From: an uncultured virus (IMG/VR IMGVR_UViG_3300026081_000002)
Taxonomy: Duplodnaviria; Heunggongvirae; Uroviricota; Caudoviricetes
Virus record (IMG/VR): IMGVR_UViG_3300026081_000002
Reading direction: 5' to 3' (one strand)
Length of the DNA stretch: 64,000 bases
The notes beneath the pieces are model-generated. The model was not told the DNA's origin and searched no databases. It worked only from the letters and a program-made list of their open reading frames with translations. The position numbers were made by a program, and so were the translations under genes. Shown here in pieces: positions 28,930 to 38,104 of the stretch. Numbering within the stretch: position 1 is the stretch's first letter; every line of letters starts with the position of its first letter.

Positions 28930-29627
28930 TGACAACTTTTATATCCGCTCCTTTCGGAAACTATCTTAAATTTAAAAACGCCGTAAGTGTTACTGGAACT
29001 TGGACGTATAAACCAAGACCAGGACTATTTGGACAGGTCATTAAGACATTGCGATACACAAGAAATGGTTGGCGTAATAAAATCGGTCTTCGAAATCGTG
29101 GAATTGAATATGGAATACAAAGAACCAACTTCAATGAAGTATTAAGTATTGCAGCAATAGGTCAATATGATTGGATAAATCTGGAATCAATTGTACCAGA
29201 AACTCAAAATGTAGAACTTAATATTAGCTGTCCTAACTTAGATGTTCATCAAGATACTACTGATTTCAAAGGTTTTGATGCATGGCCAACAATTTATAGA
29301 AAGTGGTGTATCGTTAAGGTTCCACCAATGGCATCATACTCTTTATTAGATAAGATCGTAAAGTTAGGATTTACACAGATTCATGCTAGTAATACTTTAC
29401 CAACAGATAAAGGTGGACTGAGTGGAGCAATATTACTACCACATACTCGAAGAATTATTCAGTATCTAAAAAAAGAATATGATCATGTGGAAGTTATTGC
29501 TGGTGGTGGAATCAAAGAAGCATGGCATGCTGAATTTTATAAAGACTTAGGTGCAGATCACGTAAGCATCGGCACTGGTTGTTTTAATCCTTTGAAAACA
29601 TGGAGAACTGTGAATGATATCGCCTAA
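28929..29627 (+). CDS. Dihydroorotate dehydrogenase-like flavoprotein
   Basis: NKIGLRNRGI, ELNISCPN, SNT, GGLSG, IAGGGI; start ATG 28929. Confidence 0.8.
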   Translation: MTTFISAPFGNYLKFKNAVSVTGTWTYKPRPGLFGQVIKTLRYTRNGWRNKIGLRNRGIEYGIQRTNFNEVLSIAAIGQYDWINLESIVPETQNVELNISCPNLDVHQDTTDFKGFDAWPTIYRKWCIVKVPPMASYSLLDKIVKLGFTQIHASNTLPTDKGGLSGAILLPHTRRIIQYLKKEYDHVEVIAGGGIKEAWHAEFYKDLGADHVSIGTGCFNPLKTWRTVNDIA

Positions 29628-30492
29628 AAAGAAAAGAATCATTTTTACGATTCACATATCACCTGAAAAGGTATCAAAATATTTTAATACTACAGAATTA
29701 AAAATGACTAATTTGGATCTATACGCTAGCACTTTACAAGTAAAACAAAAAGACTATGCTGAATCCTGTGGCGCGGATTATAGAATATATAAGTTTGGTG
29801 ACAAGTTTATAGATTTTACTGAAAAGCTCTGGGAACTTAATATATTTGAAGAATACTATCAATCAATACAACACTACAAGATATACATCTTAGAAGAACT
29901 AACCAAAGAGTATGAGGAAGTACTTTACTTAGACTTAGACGTATGGCCAAATAAATTTGTAAATATATTTGAAGAAATAGATGTAAATGATGGAATAGCA
30001 ATAAGAGGTTTTACAGATGATAAGCCTAAGGATGTAGAGTCTTTAAAAGAAGGCTGGCTTCATTACAAACCAATTCCTAGAAGTGTATCAACAAAAACAG
30101 CACTCATGAGATCTTTATGCAATGATAGTAAAATTGAATGTACATCAGATGTTGTATTCAATACTGCTATTACTCTTGCAAATGAAAAGCATATGAATAA
30201 ATTAAACTATTTTGGAGAGATAGAAGATACTAGAAATAAGATTAAAAGGTTAACAAACAATGATACGTTTTTTGCAGACTACATATATTGTATGTTTAGA
30301 TTTAATAATGAATCTGTGTTTTCATATCTCATTTTTAAAAACAAAGTTGAGTGGCAATCACTAGATGAAAAGTGGCACTGGGTTTCGAATCATAGGAATC
30401 CAGATGAGTTATGTCCTGCGAATGTTAACTTAGCTCATATAATTAATAAACAGTTCTCTAATATCATAGGACTAAAAGATAAGGAATACTAA
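29614..30492 (+). CDS. Putative glycosyltransferase (paralog of 62961-63854)
   Basis: QKDYAESCGADY, HYKIY, EVLYLDLD, FNT, NES. Confidence 0.6.
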   Translation: MISPKKKRIIFTIHISPEKVSKYFNTTELKMTNLDLYASTLQVKQKDYAESCGADYRIYKFGDKFIDFTEKLWELNIFEEYYQSIQHYKIYILEELTKEYEEVLYLDLDVWPNKFVNIFEEIDVNDGIAIRGFTDDKPKDVESLKEGWLHYKPIPRSVSTKTALMRSLCNDSKIECTSDVVFNTAITLANEKHMNKLNYFGEIEDTRNKIKRLTNNDTFFADYIYCMFRFNNESVFSYLIFKNKVEWQSLDEKWHWVSNHRNPDELCPANVNLAHIINKQFSNIIGLKDKEY

Positions 30493-30702
30493 ATGTTTGG
30501 ATTAGATCCTTTAATGTCAACACTAATTTTAGCTGGAGCTATATTTTATTGTGCCTATATGATAGGTCGAGGAGATAAAATAAAAGATCGTGATGAAATT
30601 ATAAACACAACCATGGTTTATCTTTGTAAGAGTGGTTATGTTAAATGGCGTTATGATGAAAATGGGGAGATTGAAATGGTTCCCATTAACGAAAACCTGT
30701 AA
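30493..30702 (+). CDS. Small membrane protein
   Basis: TM helix, AAGGA SD. Confidence 0.5.
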   Translation: MFGLDPLMSTLILAGAIFYCAYMIGRGDKIKDRDEIINTTMVYLCKSGYVKWRYDENGEIEMVPINENL

Positions 30703-30790
30703 CATTTTTGTCACAGTTCGAATAAAAAAATAAAAAAAATGCATTTTATTGAAAATAATGGTGTACATTCCAGTTTATTTATGGTAGATT
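30698..30790 (+). promoter_or_regulatory. Early promoter cassette 3
   Basis: TGTAACATTTTTGTCACA 30698-30715; TGTACA(30762)-17-TAGATT. Confidence 0.7.
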
Positions 30791-30816
30791 AGTAGTATAA
30801 GGTAAATAAAAAAGGA

Positions 30817-31095
30817 ATGAAAATGATTAATTATGTAACAGGGAATGAGTACTCAGGGTCTAACGCTAACACCCTTATGGCTCTAGGTTTTGGTGAAGGT
30901 GATGCCTTCGTAACTTTCAAGCAAGCTATCAAGCTTGATGGAATTTCTGGTAAGTCTCTTAAAGGTCTTAAGAAGTCTGCCTCTCTTATCAGGTTCGCAA
31001 AAGAACTTGACAAGGACACTGGAACATGGGAGAAGAAACCAAGATACTTCTCAGTTTTCCACATTGATGCGGTTCTCGCTAGGAGAGCTGCATAA
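30817..31095 (+). CDS. ArdC N-terminal (ssDNA-binding/antirestriction) domain-like protein
   Basis: NYVTGNEYSGSN..L...FVTFKQA...F.VF pattern. Confidence 0.6.
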   Translation: MKMINYVTGNEYSGSNANTLMALGFGEGDAFVTFKQAIKLDGISGKSLKGLKKSASLIRFAKELDKDTGTWEKKPRYFSVFHIDAVLARRAA

Positions 31096-31469
31096 TGGAT
31101 ATAGTTGATGCAATTCATGGAATGACACTTCAGTCACCAAAAGTCGATGGACTTAATGGTAAGAAATTATATCAGGTACATATGAGAGCAAGAGCTACTT
31201 ACACGTATGTTGATCCAGTTTATGTCAGTGCTCACAATGATGAGGAAGCTTGGGAAAAAGCTTTAGATCTTGAAGCTGGAAAATTTCAAGTCAAGTCAGT
31301 TTCTCTTGAATGGATGGATGAAAAAGTTCTTGATGAAGAAAAGAAAGATATCGCTGAAAGATTTCCAGAAGATGTACATCAGCGATCATACATTGTAACT
31401 GGTGATATTATGGAACAGAACCCTATGTATGCGGGATCTGAAAGTGAAAGAAAAGGAGGAAATAGATAA
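31095..31469 (+). CDS. Hypothetical protein
   Basis: AGGAG SD, TAATG coupling. Confidence 0.55.
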   Translation: MDIVDAIHGMTLQSPKVDGLNGKKLYQVHMRARATYTYVDPVYVSAHNDEEAWEKALDLEAGKFQVKSVSLEWMDEKVLDEEKKDIAERFPEDVHQRSYIVTGDIMEQNPMYAGSESERKGGNR

Positions 31470-32584
31470 TGGCTAGAAAGAAGAAAGCATTTAGAAGTCG
31501 ACCAAGGACTGGTATGGCTGCCGCTCCAACTAAATCATTCTCTGCATTTAGTGATTATGTTAGGTGTGAAGTTGAAAAGAAAGAAATCTCAGGTATCATT
31601 AAAGATTTCTTTAAGAAGACTCTTAATAAACCTGATCTAAAAATAGTTTCAGATACTCCTGACTGGTGGTATGGTTCTAAAACTATTCTTGCATCTACTG
31701 TTGCTTGGGAAACAATGGGTAATTCATTTCCTGATAACTGGAATCCTGAAAGAGTAAAAGCATCTTGCATTGAAGATGCAAAAGAATGGGCTGAAAGAAA
31801 GAGAAAAGAAAAAGCCAAAGAACAAGCTAATGGTCCTGTTCGAAGAAAGAAAAATCCTACTGAGATCATAGCCGAAAGAACTTCAGATTTTATTGGTGGC
31901 GTTGAAGAAGTACTTGACGACTATCATAATAAAACACATGAACAGGCAATGGAATATTCTGTCTTTCATGAATTAAGACTAGCAGTTGCACCTAACTCTA
32001 TGGCAAAGGCAGTATATGACTACTATACTCCTATATACGAAGAGATTAGAGAACTAGTAGAAGATAAAACTCCAGATCTAGTTGAAGCCTATGGCTACAT
32101 GACTGTACCGCAGAGAAAGCAGTACATGGAGTTTATTAAACAAATAGTTGATGATGCTGAAAAATACATGCAGAATAAAAAAGCAATGCGCAAAGTGCGT
32201 GTCAAGAAAGCACCAACAGCTCTCAAACAGGTCTCTAGGATTCAGTACGCTAAAGACTCTGTTGAATATAAGCTTACATCTATTAACCCTACACAGATCG
32301 TAGGAAATCATAGATTGTATACTTTCCATGTAAAGTATAAGAGGCTTACAGAACTTGTTAGTAACGGTAAAGGATTTGAGATTAGTGGTAGTACTATTAA
32401 GAATTTTGATAGTGATCTGTCACGAACTATATCACTTAGAAAACCAGATGAGTTCTTACAAAAAGTTCTTAAGATGACTCCTACTCAAATCAATAAAGAG
32501 TGGGGTACTCTAACAACTAAAACAAATCCTGCTAATGGTAGGATAAACAAAGAAACTATTTTACTAAGGGTATTCGATAAATGA
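31469..32584 (+). CDS. Conserved T4-like hypothetical protein
   Basis: C-terminal LTSINP..I.G...GSTIKNFD...LRKP...NGRINKETILLRV. Confidence 0.65.
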   Translation: MARKKKAFRSRPRTGMAAAPTKSFSAFSDYVRCEVEKKEISGIIKDFFKKTLNKPDLKIVSDTPDWWYGSKTILASTVAWETMGNSFPDNWNPERVKASCIEDAKEWAERKRKEKAKEQANGPVRRKKNPTEIIAERTSDFIGGVEEVLDDYHNKTHEQAMEYSVFHELRLAVAPNSMAKAVYDYYTPIYEEIRELVEDKTPDLVEAYGYMTVPQRKQYMEFIKQIVDDAEKYMQNKKAMRKVRVKKAPTALKQVSRIQYAKDSVEYKLTSINPTQIVGNHRLYTFHVKYKRLTELVSNGKGFEISGSTIKNFDSDLSRTISLRKPDEFLQKVLKMTPTQINKEWGTLTTKTNPANGRINKETILLRVFDK

Positions 32585-32817
32585 CAGAAAAGAAACCAGA
32601 ATTTATGAACCGATCTAGGTTTACTAAATTAATTGAGGCTCAAATATTAGAGAAAAAACTCAGCTACATCGATGCAGTAGTTGAAGTCTGTGATCAAACA
32701 AGTATTGATCCAGAAGATGTGAAGAAGTTCATATCACCAGTTATAAAAGAGAAGATTGAAGCCGAGGCAATGAAATTAAATTATTTGCCGAAAGGAAATG
32801 AATTAACTTTTGAGTAA
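32581..32817 (+). CDS. gp33: Late transcription coactivator gp33
   Basis: F...IE......SYIDAV..C....IDPE.V.K.IS..IKEKIEAEA..LNYL; adjacent to gp32. Confidence 0.85.
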   Translation: MTEKKPEFMNRSRFTKLIEAQILEKKLSYIDAVVEVCDQTSIDPEDVKKFISPVIKEKIEAEAMKLNYLPKGNELTFE

Positions 32818-32825
32818 CTTTTTTA

Positions 32826-32864
32826 TATAAATAGGTTTACATTACAGTGATACTGTGGTATAAT
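32826..32864 (+). promoter_or_regulatory. Tandem late and early promoters of gene 32
   Basis: TATAAATA 32826-32833, then TTTACA(32836)-17-TATAAT with TGTGG. Confidence 0.75.
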
Positions 32865-32910
32865 AATATTATAATTCAGCAAAACATTTCAGTTATACAA
32901 GGAGAAATAT

Positions 32911-33843
32911 ATGTCTTTTGCAAATCTTAAAAGGAACAAAGGTTCCATCGCTAAACTCGTCCAAGCTGCCGAAGCAGTAGGCGGGAACTCTCAACAAAAA
33001 AACTATAATGATGATAGGATGTGGAAGCCTACAGTGGATAAAGCAAATAATGGTTATGCTGTTATTCGTTTTCTTCCGGCTAATGAAGGATCCGATCTTC
33101 CATGGAACAGGTATTGGGATCACGGTTTTAAAGGTCCTACTGGTAGATGGTATATCGAGAAATCCTTAACATCCATTGGTGGTAATGATCCTGTTGGAGA
33201 ATTGAATAGTCGCTTATGGAATTCAGGCATTGAGTCTGATAAAGAAAAAGCTAGATCTCAAAAACGAAGAATGCATTACGTATCTAATATTCTAGTTGTG
33301 CAAGATCCAGGTAATCCTTCTAACGAAGGTAAAGTCTTTCTTTATCAGTACGGTAAAAAAATCTTTGATAAACTTATGGATGCGATGCAACCAGAGTTTG
33401 AAGATGAAGCTCCACTCAATCCATTTGATTTTTGGGAAGGTGCAAACTTTAAACTAAAAATTCGTGATGTTGAAGGTTATCGTAACTATGATAAATCAGA
33501 GTTCGGTAGTCAAGAAGCATTATCTGATGATGATACTTATCTTGAAGGTATCTACAATCAAATGCATGATATTGGAGAATTCACCGATCCAAAAAACTAT
33601 AAAACATATGATGAGTTAAAGAATAAACTTGTCAGTGTTCTTGGAGAAGATGCTCTAGGTGGTGCTCCAACTATGAGAGAAGAAACTAAACTAGGAAATA
33701 GTAGTCCTCCTCCAGCAATGAAAGAAGCAGCTGCTCCTGAATTGGATGATGAGATTCCTGATTTTAGTGAAACTGCAGAACAAACATCTGCGAAAAAAGA
33801 AGACGATACAATGTCTTACTTTGCAAACTTAGTTAACGATTAA
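32911..33843 (+). CDS. gp32: Single-stranded DNA-binding protein gp32
   Basis: DDRMWKP..DKANNGYAVIRFLP, YGKKIFDK, PFDFWEGANFKLKIR, NYDKSEF, acidic tail. Confidence 0.95.
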   Translation: MSFANLKRNKGSIAKLVQAAEAVGGNSQQKNYNDDRMWKPTVDKANNGYAVIRFLPANEGSDLPWNRYWDHGFKGPTGRWYIEKSLTSIGGNDPVGELNSRLWNSGIESDKEKARSQKRRMHYVSNILVVQDPGNPSNEGKVFLYQYGKKIFDKLMDAMQPEFEDEAPLNPFDFWEGANFKLKIRDVEGYRNYDKSEFGSQEALSDDDTYLEGIYNQMHDIGEFTDPKNYKTYDELKNKLVSVLGEDALGGAPTMREETKLGNSSPPPAMKEAAAPELDDEIPDFSETAEQTSAKKEDDTMSYFANLVND

Positions 33844-36371
33844 AGAGGGACTACTCTCGAATAATTATCAACGGTGCTGGTGGAACCTCCACTTAGCACC
33901 GTTGTGTTTGAGTTGTTTATATTCTGAGTATTACTATTAGAAGGCGCGTTTACAGCCATGTTTACTGCATTCGCAGCGGATGCTAATTGATTATTCTCCG
34001 ACTGTGTACTCATCATTTCTTGACTTAAAGAACTCTGCTCCATCTTTTGTATTAGATCTTGAGCTTCTTTTAGTGTTGTAGTATCACCTCTTAATCCAAA
34101 GTTTTGTGTATCGGTGTTGTATCCTATTAAGTCAGAACCAGTGTGTGGTGTCATTATTAACTTACCAGAGCTATCCATTTGACCAACATATGAACCATCA
34201 ACAAACTTTTTTGTACCACTTACAAAAGATTTAAACTCATCTAATAAGTTTCTTTCTTCAATAATCTTAAGAGCATCTGTAGATGTCATATCATTGATAG
34301 TATTTAAGTTCAAGCTTGAACTACGTACACCTGCTGCAGTTTCAAATAAACCGTAATTTTCAACGGCAGATCCTGCACCGGCTTTATTAATTAATGTACT
34401 TGACTCAGTTTTAACACCTTCAATCTTAGCACCTTGTAAAACTAGTCTACTTGGATCTATTAGTTCTTGTAACTTGTCTATTTCATCACTTGATACATCA
34501 ATCCTCATGTCATAGTCTAGTAGTGCTTTTGCATCTTCATATCTTTTGTCAGATTTTAACTTTTCATATAGAGCTGTTGATTCTTCAACTGTAAGATTCT
34601 TTGCGACTTCTTCAGGTTTAAAATTAGGATTCCTAGGAATACTTTGATCAACTACTGGAGGCTGATCCATACCAATTGTAGGATTTAGTTTCAAAGGTGT
34701 GACGTCTCTAATAGTAGGTAAAACATCATTCGGCGTGATATTGATAGGAGACAAAGGTGAAGTATTTACAACTGGAAGATTAGGAACATTAGTGTCAACA
34801 ATAGGTGGATCATTGGAAAGAATTGGTTCAGAAGTTGTTACGCCTATTCCTCTTCCCATTCTTTGTATCGAATCATCATAAGAAAGAATTGGTTCAGAAG
34901 TTGTTACGCCTATTCCTCTTCCCATTCTTTGTATCGAATCATCATAATTTTTAACAGCAACTTTAAATCTACCCGGACCTCTCTGACCTGGCTTTCTTGG
35001 TGCACTAACTATTTCATACATTTCTGGAACTGCAGTCTGATCAATTGCATCTTGAGCTTGATCTCTACTACCAAAAGTTTTTTCTACTAATGGCTTATTT
35101 CTATTCTCAACAATACTTTCGCCAATGTTCTCGCCTATAGCTTCACCACCTTTAAATCCTGCATAACCTCCCGTAAAAGCACCTATTAAACCACCAATAC
35201 CAACTGTAAATGGATTAAAGCCTGCGGCACCAAGCGCTGCTCCAGTTCCAAAACCAGTGATAGCACCGGTAATCAATCCACCAATGCTTCCTCCTCCGGC
35301 TTTCGTTCCTTCTATAATCTTTTCATCAGTAGTCATGTTTTCATCAGTAACTGCCTGAGCTATTTCAAATGCTGTAATTAGTCCACCTATTATTGCTAGT
35401 GGTCCACCTTTCCCTTTGAAAAAATCTTTTATTTTAGACTTATCTCGTCCTCCACCATCTTTCTTGTCTGTATCTTTATTGCCGGCATCCTTATCACCAC
35501 CATCAACAGGTTTAGACTTAAGCATGTCAGCTACTTTTTTTGTTCCGTAAAGACCTCCACCGGCCAACCCGGTTATTCCTAATAGTTGTCCTATTCTACC
35601 AAGTATATTTTTTAAGAAACTTCCACTATTCTTTTCACCTTGATTAGCACTTGCACCAGCAGCAGTGGCTCCTAACAATCCTGCACCAGATCTCTTATCT
35701 CTTCTCTGCTCAAGTCTATCTAAGTTACCCCTTCTCATTCTTCTCTGCTCATCCTTATAAGTCTTATGAAAAGCTTTTACTTCATCTAAGGTATCTTCTT
35801 GAACATTCAACATTTGTTTTTGAATATCTAAATCTTCAATTGCTAGTTCGACTAACTTCTTCTGATCTTTGTTAGTAAACATGTTTTTAGTCATTGCACC
35901 TATTCCTCTGAATGGTGCGCCGATCAGGTTCTTTGCAGTTGACGCTGCACCTGCCGCAAGGTTATAAGGAGCAGCTGCTATACTACCTATAGTATTTGCA
36001 GCACCTCTACCAAAAGCTGCGGCTCCTCTAAAAGGAGCTGTTGCAAACCTACCAATTTGTCCTATCCCTCTGGTGATCATATTGTTTCCGAGAATTCCAG
36101 ACTTTCCATATACAACACCTGCACCAGTCTTCTTATTGATAGAAGACAGTAGTTCATTGGCCGTTTGCAGTTCAGTTATAATATCATCATTGTGTACTTG
36201 GAGCATGTCACCAATTTCATTTAATGTGGTAAATATCTTCTTTGAATCAGATCCAGTCGGCTGACGTTCTTCATTCTCAACTTTTGCACGAAGAGAAGGT
36301 AACAATAATTCCTTATCAAGCCCACTGGGGTTTGATTCTCTTAACATATTTGTTGCGTTTTCTATTGCCAT
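33840..36371 (-). CDS. Tape-measure / baseplate-hub-like protein (gp29 position)
   Basis: 843 aa, Gly/Ala-rich amphipathic repeats, glycine-zipper segments, N-rich C-terminus; downstream of gp26/gp51-like genes. Confidence 0.55.
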   Translation of the reverse strand: MAIENATNMLRESNPSGLDKELLLPSLRAKVENEERQPTGSDSKKIFTTLNEIGDMLQVHNDDIITELQTANELLSSINKKTGAGVVYGKSGILGNNMITRGIGQIGRFATAPFRGAAAFGRGAANTIGSIAAAPYNLAAGAASTAKNLIGAPFRGIGAMTKNMFTNKDQKKLVELAIEDLDIQKQMLNVQEDTLDEVKAFHKTYKDEQRRMRRGNLDRLEQRRDKRSGAGLLGATAAGASANQGEKNSGSFLKNILGRIGQLLGITGLAGGGLYGTKKVADMLKSKPVDGGDKDAGNKDTDKKDGGGRDKSKIKDFFKGKGGPLAIIGGLITAFEIAQAVTDENMTTDEKIIEGTKAGGGSIGGLITGAITGFGTGAALGAAGFNPFTVGIGGLIGAFTGGYAGFKGGEAIGENIGESIVENRNKPLVEKTFGSRDQAQDAIDQTAVPEMYEIVSAPRKPGQRGPGRFKVAVKNYDDSIQRMGRGIGVTTSEPILSYDDSIQRMGRGIGVTTSEPILSNDPPIVDTNVPNLPVVNTSPLSPINITPNDVLPTIRDVTPLKLNPTIGMDQPPVVDQSIPRNPNFKPEEVAKNLTVEESTALYEKLKSDKRYEDAKALLDYDMRIDVSSDEIDKLQELIDPSRLVLQGAKIEGVKTESSTLINKAGAGSAVENYGLFETAAGVRSSSLNLNTINDMTSTDALKIIEERNLLDEFKSFVSGTKKFVDGSYVGQMDSSGKLIMTPHTGSDLIGYNTDTQNFGLRGDTTTLKEAQDLIQKMEQSSLSQEMMSTQSENNQLASAANAVNMAVNAPSNSNTQNINNSNTTVLSGGSTSTVDNYSRVVPL
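34816..34947. repeat. Perfect 66-bp tandem duplication (2 copies)
   Basis: 34816-34881 = 34882-34947; encodes YDDSIQRMGRGIGVTTSEPILS twice. Confidence 0.95.
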
Positions 36372-36559
36372 TATACTGACTTTCTTCTTGCTCTAATCTT
36401 TTCGTTTTCCTGTTTTAAGTGCTGCACTAGCAGACTCACATATACTTCTCTTTCCCAAGGCATCATAGCTTCGAGTTCTGATAAGGAATACTTGTGATGT
36501 TGTATTAGTGCGAAGTTGGTCTTATAATGATTGATCAAAGAATCATTAGAAGACCACAC
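36371..36559 (-). CDS. gp51-like baseplate hub assembly protein (possibly a -1 frameshift extension of the gp26-like gene)
   Basis: NFALIQHHKYSLSELEAMMPWEREVY; only a GTG start inside the upstream stop, no SD. Confidence 0.7.
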   Translation of the reverse strand: MWSSNDSLINHYKTNFALIQHHKYSLSELEAMMPWEREVYVSLLVQHLKQENEKIRARRKSV

Positions 36560-37266
36560 TAAAAAAAATCGGCGATATTCCTTATTCTAACTTCTTTCTT
36601 CGCCTGACACCCTTTACAAACATACTTGTGATTGATCTCAACTCGAGGCATACTCTCTACATATGTTCTCAGTTTTGCAAACTGATCATTAGTCATTGAC
36701 TCTACGAATTCGATCAACTTCTCTCTCGGTTCATTCTTTACTAGAATCTTCTCTTCGGGTGTATTAATACATGATATACAATCTGTCACTAGTTCAAGTG
36801 TAGTTGTAACTTCAGAGGAAGGTTCAACAATCTTATCATTACGAATCATTTTTGCGTATTCTGGATACATCATCTCTACTGATATATCATCATTAATATC
36901 GATGACATTTTCTTTTGGATCTCCAACTACTGATATGCTATCAATATTGACACTTTCAGTATTTTCTGTCTGGCAGTTTGAACATGTAAAAACTAACTTA
37001 ACGTTCTCACCAACAGACTTGGCTCTTATTTTAGTAAACATGTATTCTACGTCATATAGTTTTAATTCTTCAGTGTTAATCTCTTCAGAAACACATGCCT
37101 TTACAGTATCAACAATCGCGTTTAACGCTGCCTTTTGATCTTGAGACTCAAAGGCCATCATTAGAACTTTCTCTTCTTTTACTAAGTAAGGTCTAAACTT
37201 TACTTCAGTTTTAGTAGATGGAATCATCATCTCATACTGTGGTTTATCATTTAGTGTAGGTATCAT
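36559..37266 (-). CDS. gp26: Baseplate hub subunit/chaperone, gp26-like
   Basis: P.YEM.IPST...KFRPYLVKEEKVLM, IRAKSVGE, CxxC pairs, ends ADFF. Confidence 0.8.
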   Translation of the reverse strand: MIPTLNDKPQYEMMIPSTKTEVKFRPYLVKEEKVLMMAFESQDQKAALNAIVDTVKACVSEEINTEELKLYDVEYMFTKIRAKSVGENVKLVFTCSNCQTENTESVNIDSISVVGDPKENVIDINDDISVEMMYPEYAKMIRNDKIVEPSSEVTTTLELVTDCISCINTPEEKILVKNEPREKLIEFVESMTNDQFAKLRTYVESMPRVEINHKYVCKGCQAKKEVRIRNIADFF

Positions 37267-37553
37267 TCATTGCTCCATAAGGGTCTAAAATCTTTTAGTT
37301 CACTTTCTTCATCGGGTTTTATTATATTTATGCTCATAGTTACGCAACCCATTGTCTCGACTTCCATGACTTGTCCATATCTTCTCTCAGCATAATCTAA
37401 AGCTCCAGCCATCAAGTTTGTTTTATTTTGTTGAAAAAATAATTCACAGTCAACATAGCTTTCAAACTGAATTCCATGGCTGATTGCCTGTTCATGTTCG
37501 GTTCCTCCAACATATGTTAAAATGCTATATAGCACTATAAATGTTTTTATCAT
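37263..37553 (-). CDS. Small exported two-Cys protein
   Basis: MIKTFIVLYSIL...FESYVDC...GCV; ATGA overlaps. Confidence 0.5.
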   Translation of the reverse strand: MIKTFIVLYSILTYVGGTEHEQAISHGIQFESYVDCELFFQQNKTNLMAGALDYAERRYGQVMEVETMGCVTMSINIIKPDEESELKDFRPLWSNE

Positions 37554-38104
37554 AAGAAACTCGCCTGTATAAGTTTTAATTCGTTTTGTGGTATTGGTTC
37601 CCAATCAGTGTAAGATATCTGCACATTATATCTAGCGATATCTTGTACGATGTTACCCATTTCTACTGGGTTTAATGTTGTAGGAAACGCTTCTATGATT
37701 TTGCAACCGTATATCTCGTTCCCTTCGTCATCTAGTTGAAAAATCCTAAAATCTCTTTCATAAGTGTTTTTATACTTTACTTGCTGTATGTTATAAGCTA
37801 CAGATTTTTCTGCCCATGATTCAAAATATCTCTTTACGTTATAGTTATTTGTTAAATAGAATGTTAAAGAAATATCATCTACAGCGTAGCCGTTCACCAT
37901 CTTATCAAACTTTATACCTATCTGTCTTTCGTTTGTTAGTATCTGCTTACCTGGAAGATTTACAGTATCACACAAGAAATTTAATTCTGGTCCGTCTATA
38001 TCATCTAAAATACCAATGACGGGTAAGACAACTTTATACTTATTGGCTTTTGCTAATCCTACGTCGTCTACTAGAGACTTAAAATCTGATATGTTTAAAC
38101 TCAT
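37550..38104 (-). CDS. Tail tube-like / tube initiator protein (gp54/gp19 family)
   Basis: GLAKANKYKV, LCDTVNLPG, FESW, IFQLD, EAFP; start ATG 38104. Confidence 0.75.
   Translation of the reverse strand: MSLNISDFKSLVDDVGLAKANKYKVVLPVIGILDDIDGPELNFLCDTVNLPGKQILTNERQIGIKFDKMVNGYAVDDISLTFYLTNNYNVKRYFESWAEKSVAYNIQQVKYKNTYERDFRIFQLDDEGNEIYGCKIIEAFPTTLNPVEMGNIVQDIARYNVQISYTDWEPIPQNELKLIQASFL

Noticed and set aside
16273..30790. Repeated 18-bp palindrome as CRISPR repeat, att site or terminator
   Set aside because: Copies are kilobases apart, no cas or integrase genes, no GC-rich stem with U-tract; the fixed spacing to promoters fits a protein-binding site
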